64,000 nucleotides of DNA from Squalus acanthias (taxonomy: Eukaryota): assembly GCA_030390025.1 (NCBI GenBank), contig CM059440.1, forward strand, positions 63,240,001 to 63,304,000, given 5' to 3'. Positions 38,814 through 51,548 of this stretch are shown in pieces (position 1 is the first letter of the stretch; each line of letters starts with the position of its first letter). The notes under the pieces are model-generated. The model was not told where the DNA came from. It saw only the letters and a program-made list of their open reading frames with translations, and ran no database searches. A program made the translations under genes and the position numbers.

Positions 38814-39140
38814 CTGTGGGTTTGTCCCACTCCAGCGACATGAGCACAAAATCTTGGCGGACACTCCCAATGCAGTAATGAGGGAGTGCTGCACTGTCGG
38901 TAGGTGCTGTCTTTCAGGTGAGATCTTAAACGGAGAACCTGTCTGCCCTCTTAAAAGTTCTCATGACACTATTTGAAGACTAGCCGGTGAGTTCTCCCCA
39001 GTGTCCTTGCATTTAGATCGTGCCTTTCATGACCTCCGGGCGTCCCAAAATGCTTTACAGCCTACTTTTGAAGTGCACACAGTAAGGTCCCACAAACAGC
39101 AATGTGATAATGGCCAGATAATCTGTTTTAGTGATGTTGT
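38772..39140. mobile_element. Deu-domain SINE: + strand 5' half joined to a - strand 3' half
   Basis: 38772-39006 matches the SINE head and core; 39007-39140 matches the reverse complement of the tail. Confidence 0.7.
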
Positions 39141-40914
39141 TACATACATGGAGCAGGGGCCGTACCTGGGGAATGCTGCAATGTAGGGTTGAGAGAACTC
39201 GGTGCACTGCGAGTGTCTGTTTGGTGCCGACTTGCAGCAAGATTGTAAATACAAAAAAAAAATGAAAATATTACACCTGACGCCGAGCTCGTGCGTTCAA
39301 CTCTCGCCTTCAAGGGAGCAGGAGGTGGGTCTCATGGATGGAGATGAGTTTGGAAAGAATAAGAGGGGTGAAAGGGGCGAGAAACTGCAAGGTGATGAGC
39401 TTTCAGGACTCGAGTGCTTGGGAGACTGGGGGAGGGGGAGAGGAAGGGGAAACTGTAGATTGTTTAGTGAGATGTTACTTGGTGTCAGTTTTCCCAAGCT
39501 TTGTTCAGTACTTCCAAGTTAGCCACAGTACCGGATGCACTTTTGGGACATTCCGAGGGAGCTGGAAGGCGCTGTCTGAAGGCAAGTCTTTCCTGATGGA
39601 GTCCTGCAGCAATGGATCTGGATTCTACTCCTTGAGTTTCTCAGTTTAGTTCCTTCTCTGGTCAAGGAGTGGAGTTTACAGCTGATTGGGAAACGACTGA
39701 ATTGTTGGGAGGAAATGAGAAACCTGGAATACCGAGGAAAGGAAAATGGTTTCTGTTTATTTTTAAAACGCTTATTTTTTTTTTTAAGTGCAGTCATTAT
39801 TTCCTTTTGTTTTCAAAGTCAGACATTCACAGTGCAGACTGTAGTCGTCGTTGTCCTGGCGATCGCACCGAAGCGCCCATTCATTCATTCCCTAGGAGGG
39901 AAGAGAGAGCAAAGTTTGTAGGAAAACTTTCTTGTTTTTTGTAGATAGCGTTCGAAAGATTATTTTTTTAAATGCAAGTCAGCTAGCAAGTGGTGATAAA
40001 ATGGTTGGGGTTGGGGGGGGTGGGAGGCGGGCAGGGATCTGAACCGACCCCAAAACCTCTGCTCAAACCCCCGCCACAAGTAGAGGGGGAGAGGGTGAAG
40101 ACAAACAGGGCGAACAACACAGTCGAAATTGACTCTGAAATTGAAACTGCTCAAAGGTAAGATGGTGCAAACTGGAGATAAAAGCGCAGTTTAAAGCCGC
40201 CGCGGATGTAAGCAGAAGCTGAGGGGAAATGCATCGACTGGAATTAATCTCCCACATTATTCCTGGGGCTCCGACTGTCTGAAACAAGACAATATAGGCC
40301 GCCCAGTCGCTTGCAATTTTTAAAATCTGGCTCTTAATGTTATCCCTCCCCAGTCCCTTGGTTTCACCTCCCCTCTCCCTGCAGATAACGTTGCGGTGTC
40401 CACGTTCGCTTCTGATATTTCTAATAATCTGTGCAATTAAGAAACGCAAAAATTGTTCAATAATTTTTAATATTTCAGTCTCTAATTTGAACTGAGTGGA
40501 TCGCTGCCACTACCTTGTGGAAATTACCGGGGGTGGCGGCGGTGCTGGCATATGGAAACATGCACAGAGGACAATGCAAGCTAGGGGATAATTACAGGGG
40601 CTTTATTCAGTCAATCCTCTACTTTATTAAAATTAAATATGTAAATAATTATTCGTTAAAGGAGAATCTGTCGCCTGTGCTCAGTGAGGGCTGCAGTTAT
40701 CTTCAGTCCCTTGGGCTAGGAATCAGCCGGGGGTTCCTGCTCCTTACCCGGTGACACCTGCTGGAGAGGGTGTGGGTGTGGGGAGGTCAAAATCGGGCTG
40801 GGCTGTGATACCCCAATGGTCGAAGAGCCTGCTCACTGTCGAGGCCCGCACGTGAATGGTCAGTGGGTGAGGGAAATGCAGAACCATATCCCAACATCAG
40901 TCAGTACCTTCAGA

Positions 40915-41340
40915 AGAAGAGATTGAGTAGAATGGGCCTATATTCTCTGGAGTTTAGAAGAATGAGAGGTGATCTCATTGAAACGTATAAAATTCTGAGC
41001 GAGCTTGACAGGGTAGATGCTGAGAGGCTGTTTCTGGCCTGGCTAGAGAGTCTAGAACTAGGGGTCATCGTCTTAGGATAAGAGGTCGGTCATTTAGGAC
41101 TGACATTTTTTCACTGAGGGTTGTGAATCTTTGGAATTCTCTACCCCAGAGGGCTGTGGATGCTCAGTCGTTGAGTATATTCAAGACTGAGATTGATAGA
41201 TTTTTGGATACTAAGGGAATCAAGGGATATGGGGATTGGGTGAGAAAGTGGAGATGTAGAAGAAGATTAGCCATAATCTTATTGAATGGTGGAACAGGCT
41301 CGAGGGGCCGAATGGCCTACTCCTGCTCCTATTTCTTATG
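40915..41340 (+). mobile_element. CR1-type LINE 3' end
   Basis: RLSRMGLYSLEFRRMRGDLIETYKIL and NLWNSLPQRAVDA...FKTEIDRFL. Confidence 0.88.
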
Positions 41341-41679
41341 TAAGAGAAGCTGTCTGATGTCACTAATGCAGCCTAGGGGTGACACTGATCAATTTTAACC
41401 CTATGCTGTCCTTGTCTCCACGCATTGCCGCCTTTTGTAGACACTGGATACAAAAATCAGCAAACTTACTGCGGCAATCAGAAAATATCACAGTAGCTTT
41501 GATTTTGAAGTAATATCACTGAAAGTAACTGGTGGCTCAGTCTCCGCTGAAACCAGCTACTTATAAAATACACAGACTATGCTTTCCTCTGACAGACTAC
41601 AGGCCAGACTCAATCCCCGTTCAGCCTTCATCTCAAGATAGCTGGAACACAAAGGGGTGTAATGTATGCTTCAGTTATA

Positions 41680-42255
41680 TAAAGCTCTGGTTAGACCCCA
41701 TCTGGACACTGCATTCAGTTCTGGGCATCGCACCTCAGGAAGGATATATTGGCCTTGGAGGGGGTGCAGGCAGCACAGATTTACCACAATGATACTGGGG
41801 CTAAAAGGGTTAAATTATGAGGCCAGGTTGTATAGACTAGGCTTGTATTCCCTTGAGAATAGAAGATTAAGGGGTGATCTAATTGAGGTGTTTAAGATGA
41901 TTAAATGAGTTGATTGGGTAGAGAGAATCTATTTCCTCTGGTGGGGGAGTCCAGAATAAAGGGCCATAACCTTAAAATTAGTGTTCTTCTGTTCAGGGGT
42001 GATGTCAGGAAGCACTTCTTCACACAAAGGGTAGTGGAAATTTGGAACTCTCTTCCCCCAAAAAGCTGTTGAGGCTGGTGGGGGTGGGGGGGGTCAATTG
42101 AAAATTTCAAAAGTGACTGATAGATTTTTGTTGTGCAAATGTATTAAGGGATATGGAACCAAGGCGGGTAGATGGAGTTAAGATACGGATCAGCCATGAT
42201 CTAATTGAATGGCAGAACAGGCTCGAGGGGCTGAATGGCCTCCTCCTGTTCCTAT
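41680..42255 (+). mobile_element. CR1-type LINE 3' end
   Basis: LYKALVRPHL...LNYEARLYRLGLYSLENRRLRGDLIEVFK. Confidence 0.88.
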
Positions 42256-43104
42256 GGTCTAAGTTAGCTCAACTCAGCCAGGACATTGCTGCAAGTGGTT
42301 TCAGCACACTTTAGCAAGACGTGGAGCAAAATCTCCCAGGGCACCTGCTTCTAATTGTGTTGGAAAATGGCTGAAGACGGTTGACTTGGGTGTCTGTGGA
42401 ATGCTACCCCAACAAAAGTCAGCACCTTCAGGAGAGAAGGGGAGAAAATTAGGGTGGAAAAAAAGCAAATGCCATCGGAGACATCTGCTCTCGCTCCCAT
42501 GCAACTGGCCTGTAACTATCTTTGGGTTCTTAGTGAGGCCAATTTAGAGTAACTTGCAAGATTTCTTTTGCCTCCTTGGAGCTGGTGCCTGCACTTAACT
42601 TGGTATCGGTGTGGAATGACCTGGATTACATAGAATGTACAGCACAGAAAGTGGCCATTTGGCTCAACTGGTCCATGCCAGTGTTTATGCTCCACACTTG
42701 CCTCCTCCCAGCCCTCTTCCCACTATTGGATAAAATTAACTGTTGAGAGTGGGTCTCACAAGAGCACCACATGCATTGGTCCAATGGAGCACCATTTAAG
42801 TAGCAGGGTATTTCTGTGCTTGTGGCTCCCTATCTCATGCCATTTCTCACTTATTTGTGCTTCTGTTGGTTTCTGGAGCAGTTTCCACCTCCCCCCCCGC
42901 CCCGATACAGGGCATCCTCCCAAACTCAGGTCTTGCACAGCCAATAAGTAGCATTGACGCAGAGTAAATTACAAGGTGCTGCCTGAGTTTTTATGGTTTC
43001 TTTCACTTATAGTGCACTGAATGTGAAGTTCTTGCAGGTTATTTCACCTCTGTAGCCTAGGTTCAAATCCAGTCTGGACTGATGTGATGCACCTCTTCTC
43101 TATC

Positions 43105-43765
43105 ACAAAGACCACCTAATTCCACCTCCGTAACATCATCCACCTCTGTCTCTACCTCAGCCCATCTACTGCTGGAACCTTCATCCACGCATTTGTTACC
43201 TGCAGACACAACTGTTGCAATGCTCTGCTGGCCGGCCTCCCATCCTCTATGAACTTCAGCTCATCCAAAATTCTGCTGTCCGTATCCAATCTCGCACTAT
43301 CTCACTTGCCCATCACCCCTGTCCTTGCTGACCCTCATTAGCTCCCAGTCCCCCAATGCCTTAAATGAAAACTTCTCATCCTTGTGTTTATATCCATTCA
43401 TAGCCTCACCCCTCCACATCTCTGTAACCTCCTCCAGCCCAACAACTCGCCCCCCCCCCCCCCCCCGCCCCCAATCTCTCCATTCCTCTGGCTCTGGCCT
43501 CTTGCGCATCGCCACCCATTTTACCCAACACTGGTGTCTGTGCCTTCAGCTGCCATGCTCTGGCATTTTCTCCCTAATTCCTTAGGCCTCTCAATCTTCC
43601 CCATCTCCTTTAAGGCTTTGCTTAAAAAAAAAAAACCTCTTTGACCAAGCTTTTGGTCGCCTCTCCCAATATCTCCTTTCTGGCTCAGTTTTTCAATTAT
43701 GCCTCTATGAAGCACTTTGGGCTGATTTTCTAAGTTAAGAATGCTACATAAATGCAAGTTGTTGT
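43105..43765 (+). mobile_element. L2-type LINE 3' fragment
   Basis: HLRNI...IHAFVT...LAGLP...LQLIQNSA remnants typical of L2 ORF2, ending in the AAATGCAAGTTGTTG tail. Confidence 0.75.
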
Positions 43766-43909
43766 TACACCAGTGCTCTTGAAGGGGGTGGGGGGCGGGG
43801 GGTCTTCTGAATTTGCAGCACTGTGGAGTGATCTTTACTCCACAGCTAACCTCTGCCATACCTAAAGCAGGGGTGCTTGAAATGGAAAGTGCCTCATTTC
43901 CCAGCACAA

Positions 43910-44520
43910 ATGAGGTTAGGCCTCAGCTGGAGTATTGAGTACAAATCTGGGCACCACACTTTAGGAAGGACATCAAGGCCCTGGAGAGGGTACAGAGGAG
44001 GTTTACCCAGATGATGCCAGGGATGAGGGAGTTCAGTTATGTGGCGAGATTGGAGAAGCCGGGATTGTTCTCCTTAGAGCAGAGAAGGCTAAGGGGAGAC
44101 CTAATTGAGGTATTCAAAATTATGAGGGGTTTTGATAGAGCAAGTAGGGAGAAACTGTTTCCTCCAGCAAGTGGGTCGGTAACCAGAGGTCACAGATTTA
44201 AAATAATTGGCAAAAGAACGAGAGGGGAAATGAGAAATTTCTTCATACAATCCTGTGAAGTGCCTTGGGATGTTTTACTATGTTAAAGGCACTATATAAA
44301 TACAAGTTTTTGTTGTTGTTGTTAAGATCTGGAACGCACTACCTGAAAGTGTGGTGGAAGCAGATTCCATAGTAACCTTCGAAGGGCAATTGGACATGCA
44401 TTTGAAGAGAACTAATTTGCAGGGCTGTGGGGAAAGAGCAGGGGAGTGGGACTAATTGGATAGCTCTTTCAAAGAGCCGGCACAGGCACGATGGTCCTTC
44501 TGTGCTGTAAGAGTCTATGA
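43910..44520 (+). mobile_element. CR1-type LINE 3' end with a nested L2/SINE tail at about 44250-44322
   Basis: VRPQLEY...GLFSLEQRRLRGDLIEVFKIMRG...TRGHRFKIIGKR; CR1 sequence resumes after the insert. Confidence 0.88.
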
Positions 44521-44661
44521 TGCTATGAAATATCAAGTGGAAAAGGACACGGACACAAAACAAACTGATGCCTGAAATAATTTTGCAAGTGGTGCACTTG
44601 TTCAGTGTCGGTTGCTAGACTGTTGAGTTGGTTGTTGAAGTATATGTCAATATAAGAGATA

Positions 44662-44850
44662 GAAAGACTTGCATTTATATTGTGTCTTTCATGACCTCAG
44701 GACACCCCAAAGCACCTCACAGCCAATGAAGTACTTTTTGAAGTGTAGTCGCTGTTGTAACCTAGGAAACGCGGCAGCCAATTTGTGCACAGCAAGCTCC
44801 CACAAACAGCAATGAGATAATGACCAGATAATCTGTTTTAGCGTTGTTAG
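44662..44850 (-). mobile_element. Deu-domain SINE 3' portion
   Basis: Reverse complement of 31570-31775. Confidence 0.8.
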
Positions 44851-45569
44851 TTGAGGGATAAATATTGGATTCCAATAGACAGTGCCTTGTTGCTGTGTGC
44901 TGTTATATAAACATTAATCTTCTCATTTAAGCTTATTGCATGATTGGTTTCACCTGGGTCCTGTTATATTACAGATTCCGCCTGTTCTGCACGTGGAGAG
45001 AGAGCGCACGATTGGAACTGATGGGATAGAGTAGGTGCATTAATTTGTGTTATTGCAAAACGTATTTGGATTATAGAATTCTGGCAACAACTGGAATAAT
45101 TTCTTAGCTGGCATGTAGAATCTGACCATAGAATAAGTTCCAGTTTACTTGTATTGGGGTGTATGGACAGTCTGTGCTTGTAATGATATTCTGCTCACCC
45201 ATGGGGAGTGCTGATGTTAACGCGGGTGTTGCACTCACCTGTTTGCATGGTGGAGTAGGCTTAACGAGTCGAATAGCTGACTCACGTTCCCATCAGGATC
45301 CCTCACAGAGTGAGTATCATTATCCCTTGTAGAGACAGAGCCATCATCAGCACCCAGGAGAGAAGGAGTACCCCATAGTGTAGCCCTCAATGCTCTATAA
45401 ATAGAAAGTGTACTCCTCAGTACCCTGTAACTAGCAAGTGTCCCCTCACCCTCCGAACCCCTTAAACAGTAAGTCTCGCCCCTCAGTACTCTTTAAGCAA
45501 GTGTGATCTTCAATATCTCGTTTTAAAAAAGATGTTATTCATGGCCCAGTGCAATACAGATAGGTTCTA

Positions 45570-45910
45570 GGTTTGATTCCTGATCCATGTTGAGTTAGCT
45601 GACCAACTGCGTGACTTTAATTTCCCTACAATGGACTTCATCATCCCTGGGATAGGGAGGAGTAAATCATCCAGGATTTCTGCTCCCGAACTGCTGACCC
45701 CCACCCCACCGTGGAAAGTGCACGTTTCGGGTGAGAACAGGATTGAGCTTGCCCGTGATGCCCTCTGTGCTAATAGCCTCCCATGCCAAGATCAGCACTC
45801 GCTGCGCAAGCTCATGCATGAAGAATGGCTGAATTGGGTTGGGTACCAGAAAGTCCTTGGACCCTTAGAACCGCACAGCAGGATAAATCAGCACCTCCAG
45901 GAAAGACGAG
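45570..45910. repeat. Unclassified interspersed SINE-like repeat
   Basis: Related copies at about 6720-6930, 19990-20140, 24430-24650, 25170-25430, 40680-40870 and 63530-63790 share motifs such as CAAGTGGCCATTCTT and GATCAGGAGCAGGAA. Confidence 0.55.
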
Positions 45911-45924
45911 GAAGTGGGGAATTG

Positions 45925-46175
45925 TAGGGAAAAGGAGAATTATTTTTATGCAGTGAGTTGTTGTGATCTGGAATGCACTGCCTGAAAGGGCGGTGGAAGC
46001 AGATTCAATAGTAACTTTCAAAAGGGAGTTGGATAAATACTTGAAGGGGATAAATTTGCAGCACTATAGGGGAAGAGCAGGGGGAGTGGGACTAATTGGA
46101 TCGCTCTTTCAAAGAGCAGGCACAGGCATGATGGGCCGAATGGCCTCCTTCTGTGCTGTGTCATTCTATGATTCT
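45925..46175 (+). mobile_element. CR1-type LINE 3' end
   Basis: IWNALPERAVEADSIVTFKRELDKYL; ends in TTCTATGATTCTAT. Confidence 0.85.
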
Positions 46176-47334
46176 ATAACTGTTTTATTACAGTATGTAA
46201 ATATTAAATATGGAATCAAAGAAACGCAACCAGCAAGTCACATGCTCGAGACCGCAATGTTCAGAAAGTGCTTTAAAGCGTTATTCCCACAAAATAGTCA
46301 AATTTGAAATGGAGGATTACTGATTTTTTTTATATATACTTTCAAGACGATGTGAAATATTTTAATTAACTGCGGCCCAAACGCAGCTGTTTTTGATGTG
46401 ATTCTGGGCTCAAACCTCAAACTGGTCCCACGGGACAGTCACTTCCCCAGGAGAGCGAGCAGAGATACGGTCCATCAAACCCCAGGACACATCCGCCGTT
46501 ATAAATATGGATAACCCACCGCGGCGAGTAAAGCTTTGAAAGGAAATTGCGAAAACGCCTGGCGTTTGTTGTCTGCACCTGTTTCTGTGTGTGTGCAAAA
46601 AAAAACAGCGATCCCTTTGGCGCTGAATTGTGTAGAATAAAGCGTGAATCTAGAGGGAAAAATCGAGGGAGGAAAACAGCGTCCCACCCCTGATTGATGG
46701 ATATGCAAATATTAAAAATAAACGAGTCAGATATTCTCAGCTGTAAACTGACTTTGACTGCTTGAAGCCCTCGGGGAGCCCTTTCTACCACGAGTTCCAT
46801 ACATTTATGCATTTATTCAGTTCCTGATGGAAATCTACATCCAAAGCAAGAGAGAGAGAACAGAAACAAATACACAGAATAACAAAATTGCATGTGCTGA
46901 CTTCGTTTGGCCACAGAAAGTATTTGACATTTATACTTAGAAAATTCTTGGCTATTTGGTTAATCTGGGTATCACGCGAAATAATTTATCTTAAACTCCG
47001 AGGTATATCTACTGCACAAAAGCATCCAGAAAACGGCAGCAGAATGTGCAAAGTGATTTTCATAGTTTATTTATTAGCATTTGTTCTGTGTGCATAATAG
47101 ATATTCCAGTGAAGCAAGGCTAGATGATGGCGATAATTGGACCAGTCCCCAGTTTAAAGTCATACATTCCATCCTTACTTTTATATTTCCATTATAAATC
47201 TCCACGTCCACTTTAATAATGGAACCTGCCTGTGTAAAGTTGTCACGCTGTAATTGCACCATCCCACCAGTAGTGGCAGCACTGCCTCCACTGGCAGGAA
47301 AGTGTGACACATTTACAAGGTAACATACATAGAG

Positions 47335-48520
47335 TTTTTTTATTCCTTCATGGGATGTGGGCGTTGCTGGCAAGGCCAGCATTTATTGCCCATCCCTAGT
47401 TGCCCTTGAGAAGGTGATGGTGAGCCACCTTCTTGAACCGTTGCAGTCAGTGTGGTGAAGGTGCTCCCACAGTGCTGTTAGGGAGGGAGTTCCAGGATTT
47501 TGACCGAGCGACGATGAAGGATCGGCGATATACTTCCAAGTCAGGATGGTGTGTGACTTGGAGGGGAACTTGGAGGTGGTGGTGTTCCCATTTGCCTGCT
47601 GCCCTTGTCCTTCTAGGTGGTAGGGGTTGTGGGTTTGGGACGTGCTACTGAAGAAGCCTTGGCGAGTTGCTGCAGTGCATCTTGTAGATGGTACACACTG
47701 CAGCCACGGTACACCGGTGGTGGAGGGAGTGAATGTTTAAGGTGGTGGATGGGGTGCCAATCGAGCGGGCTGCTTTGTCTTGGATGGTGTCAAGCTTCTT
47801 GAGTGTTGTTGGAGCTGCACTCATCCAGGCAAGTGGAGAGTATTCCATCACACTCCTTACTTGTGCCTTGTAGATGGTGGAAAGGCTTTGGGGAGTCAGG
47901 AGGTGAGAAACTCTCCACAGAATACCCAGCCTCTGACCTGCTCTTGTTGCCACAGTATTTATGTGGCTGGTCCAGTTAAGTTTCTGGTCAATGGTGACCC
48001 CCAGGATATTGATGGTGGGGGATTCGGCGATGGTAATGCTGTTGAATGTCAAGGGGCGGTGGTTAGATGCTCGCTTGTTGGAGATAGTCATTGCCTGGCA
48101 CTTGTGTGGCACGAATGTTACCTGCCACTTATCAGCCCAAGCCTGAATGTCGTCCAGCTCTTGCTGCATGCGGGCATGGACTGCTTCATTATCTGAGGAG
48201 TTGCGAATGGCACTGAACACTGTACAGTCATCAGCGAACATCCCCATTTCTGACCTTATGTTGGAGGGAAGGTCATTGATGAAGCAGCTGAAGATGGTTG
48301 GGCCTAGGACACTGCCCTGAGGAACTCCAGCAGCGATGTCCTGGGGCTGTGATGATTGACCTCCAACCACCACAACCATCTTCCTTTGTGCTAGGTATGA
48401 CTCCAGCCAGTGGAGAGTTTTCTCCTGATTCCCATTGACTTCAGTTTTACTAGGGCTCCTTGACGCCACACTCGGTCAAATACTGCCTTGATGTCAAGGG
48501 CAGTCACTCTCACCTCACCT
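47335..48520 (-). mobile_element. 5'-truncated non-LTR retrotransposon (CR1/L2 group) with a largely open reverse transcriptase frame
   Basis: Minus-strand ORF with RT motifs ALDIKAVFDRVW, GVPQGSVLGP, FADD and ILGVTID, one frameshift near 48430, and a 3' UTR ending in GAATAAAAAA. Confidence 0.92.
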
Positions 48521-49916
48521 CCATTATAAATATGAACATTATAATTTATAATGGAGTAGGTTGACAGGAACTGTGCACAGAATATGCATGTATGCACAGA
48601 TCTCAGTGGGTAGGCTGCTTTATAACAATACAGTGTTATCAATAACTGGTGATGAGGAAAGTGTTACTGGAAAAGTATTACAGGAAGTAAATGTGACAGT
48701 TACATAAGTGCATGCTATATATAAGAAAATATTATAGATCTATATTCCTCCAGTTGTTATATGCGACCCTGTATGTAGCAATTACAGAGTATTACATAAT
48801 ATTTACAGCACACAAACAGGCCATTCTCCCTAACAGGTTCATGCTGGGGTTAATGCTCCACACGAGCCACCCTTCTTCAACTAACTCCATCAACATATCC
48901 TTCTATTAATTTTTCCCTCATGTGCTTATCCAACTTCCCCTTAAATGCATCTACTCTATTCGCCTCAGCAATCCATTAATTAATTAAGCATTTCTAAATG
49001 CACTGACCCTGTTCTGCAGGATCAGTAGTATCTCTCAGGTTATTTTTTTTTAACGTACTGCATGCTAGTGGAACTATTATGTGCATCAGCCCAACCTTGG
49101 CCCATGTGGGATCAATCCGCCAGGCTCCTCTCCCGACGTGGAGCCTAACTGGACAAGAGGTACAGATTGCAGAATCGGCCCTATAGTGTTAGAACCAAAC
49201 CTCGGACACACACTCCAGTCCAGTGAGGCTATGGGAACAAAGGCACGGAATTGCTTTAAGAGTCTGTTGCCATCAGTACTCGGTATATTTGGGTAAAGTG
49301 GTAGTATTTCAATCCCCTGTGGTTTTGTGTCAATGGGAATCCACTGCTGGGATGCGAAGCTGTTCTCTCTGATGGCTGTCACTGATGCCCGAAATATAGC
49401 ACCGTTTCCTAGTTCTAGTGGAACTGTAAAAATGTTCTGAAAGAGCATTTGGAAGAATCCCTCTCGTTAATATGTGTTAGGGGCATGAGAACTGCACTCG
49501 GAAAGATTTATTTCTGCTGGTAATTCCGGCGACACTGCAAACATCCCTCAGAGGGAATCTCCATGTGCAGTTTCAATTTCAAGACTCAGGTTGCTAGATT
49601 TGTTTAGGTAAGGGTATTAAGGGATGGTGGAACCAAGGCGGGTGGATGGAGTTGAGATCCAGATTAGCCGTGATCTAACTGAATGGTGGAACAGGCTCGA
49701 GGGGCTGAATGGTCTCCTCCTGCTCCTGTGTTACAGTTTTTTGTGATGTAACTGTACAAAACTCGCCACTGTGGTAACATTCCATCAGAAACAAATGGAC
49801 CAATTACCCCGCAGTATCTTATTTAAACTGCATCTATCTTTACCCCTTCCACCCCCCTTCTCTGTGTGTTCTATAAAAAAAATTACGCCACAAGAGTAGC
49901 AAAGATTCCCCATAAT

Positions 49917-50050
49917 AAAAACAGAAAATGCTGGAAATACTCAGCAGGTCAGGCAGCATCTGTGGAGAGAGAAACAGAGTTAACGTTTCAGGTCAATGAC
50001 CTTTCGTCAGAACTGGAAAAAGTTGGAGATGGAACAGGTTTTTAAGCGAG
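49917..50050 (+). repeat. Short interspersed repeat (possibly a Penelope-like element end)
   Basis: AAAACAGAAAATGCTGGAAATACTCAGCAGGTCAGGCAGCATCTGTGGAGAGAGAAACAGAGTTAACGTTTC; a reverse copy lies at about 336-407 and a decayed inverted pair at 19820-19960. Confidence 0.55.
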
Positions 50051-51084
50051 TATGGGGCAGGTGTAAGATTCCCCATATATTTCTCCCTAGAGTGGGTTGT
50101 GCACAAACTGGAATTAGCAGTAAGACTGGGCACACGGAATGTCCTATAATTATAATGACGCTAAGATCCCAGTCTTGGCTTGTTGAATTGTTTTTTTCCC
50201 TGTCGCTTGTTTCTGTTCCCTTCTGGTCCTATCCTGCCCCCACCATCTGTATTTATTGAACCCATTATTTCCCTTTTTTGGAATACCCTGAACGAAGGTG
50301 TTCAGATTCACACTGGGCGAGGGCAGGCTTAGGGAGGAGGGCGGATTGACAAAATTAAGAGTTTCGAATGTTTTGTCGTTGATAAAATAGTTATTTTGTA
50401 TTCCCTTTTCTGTTTGTCTCTCTTACAGAGTAGGATGGTGTCAGGAGCTGGTCCCTCTGAGGAAGAGTCGGGACTGAGGAGCAGGTGGAACAGAATAGAG
50501 AGTCTTCGGTTTAAGGCCACAAGCGGTGCCAGCCAAGAGAAACCGAATGGATTATATACAAGGAATAGTCATCCCGAAATACACCGGTCAGTATACAGAA
50601 ATATTCCAGTACTGAAATGTACAGGCTAGAGGGAAATATACTGAATGCAAGAGTGTGGGTCCGGATACCCCGAGATACAGGTGTGCATAAAAATAGTTTG
50701 GGACAGTGAACGAGTCTCGAAAGCTCAGAGATCCGTGCACAAGACCTGCGCAAAATAGTCTGAGATTGCGCTGTGTCCAGGAGCAGTCTGCAAACCCGGC
50801 TGAATATAAATAACCCTCTTACTGCAAAAAGTGCGGGAGAATTGGCGATCCTTGTGTTGCTTCTCCACCAACCGGGGCGGAACCGGCGGAGACTCGATTG
50901 GCGGGGCCGATCCCACACTTTAGAAGGAAGGGCGGCTTATTGTGAGGCCGGATTGATCAGTCTAACCTGGAAAGTGTGTAAAATTGTCTTTAGGCGCTAC
51001 TTTGTCAGGATCTATAAATGAAAATAAGTGATAAATGTGGAAGGTTTGTAAACGGAGACTATGCGTGTTAAAGTGGCATTTAAC

Positions 51085-51360
51085 ACTGGGGGCATAAATA
51101 TAAGATAGTCACTAATAAATCCAATAGGGAATTCAGGAGAAACTTCTTTACCCAGAGAGTGGTGAGAATGTGGAACTCGCTACCACAGGGAGTAGTTGAG
51201 GCGAATAACATTGCTGAATTAAAGGGGAAGCTAGATAAACACCTGAGGGAGAAAGGAATAGAAGGTTATGCTGATAGGGTTAGAAGAAGAAGGGTGAGAG
51301 GAGGCTCGTGTGGAGCATAAACACCAGCATGGACCTGTTGGGCCGAATGGCCTGTTTCCA
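51085..51360 (+). mobile_element. CR1-type LINE 3' end
   Basis: Near-identical family to 63105-63415 and 34465-34750. Confidence 0.85.
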
Positions 51361-51548
51361 TAAATACTATGTCATACTTTGTCATTTTTTTTCTTGAAAG
51401 TGATGAGAATTGCAATAAACGGTTCACCTCTGCTTACTGCAGGATTAAGGCGGACCCTGTACATGTAGAGTATAGGCCAACATTGGGATTAGAGGAACAG
51501 TGTTAGGGTTTGGGCTAGGCTCAGTGGTAGGGTTTAGGTTATTGATAG

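Noticed and set aside
38772-38840. tRNA-like sequence (also at 35965-36035 on the minus strand)
   Set aside because: SINE heads continuous with the SINE body; no complete cloverleaf.
45346-45366. Second RE1-like motif ATCAGCACCCAGGAGAGAAGG
   Set aside because: Several mismatches, including the 3' end, in CpG-poor repeat-flanked sequence; too weak to call without a PWM score.
46305-46322. TGAAATGGAGGA resembling the start of HAR1 (which lies near human MIR124-3)
   Set aside because: Only about 12 nt match and the similarity does not continue; consistent with chance.
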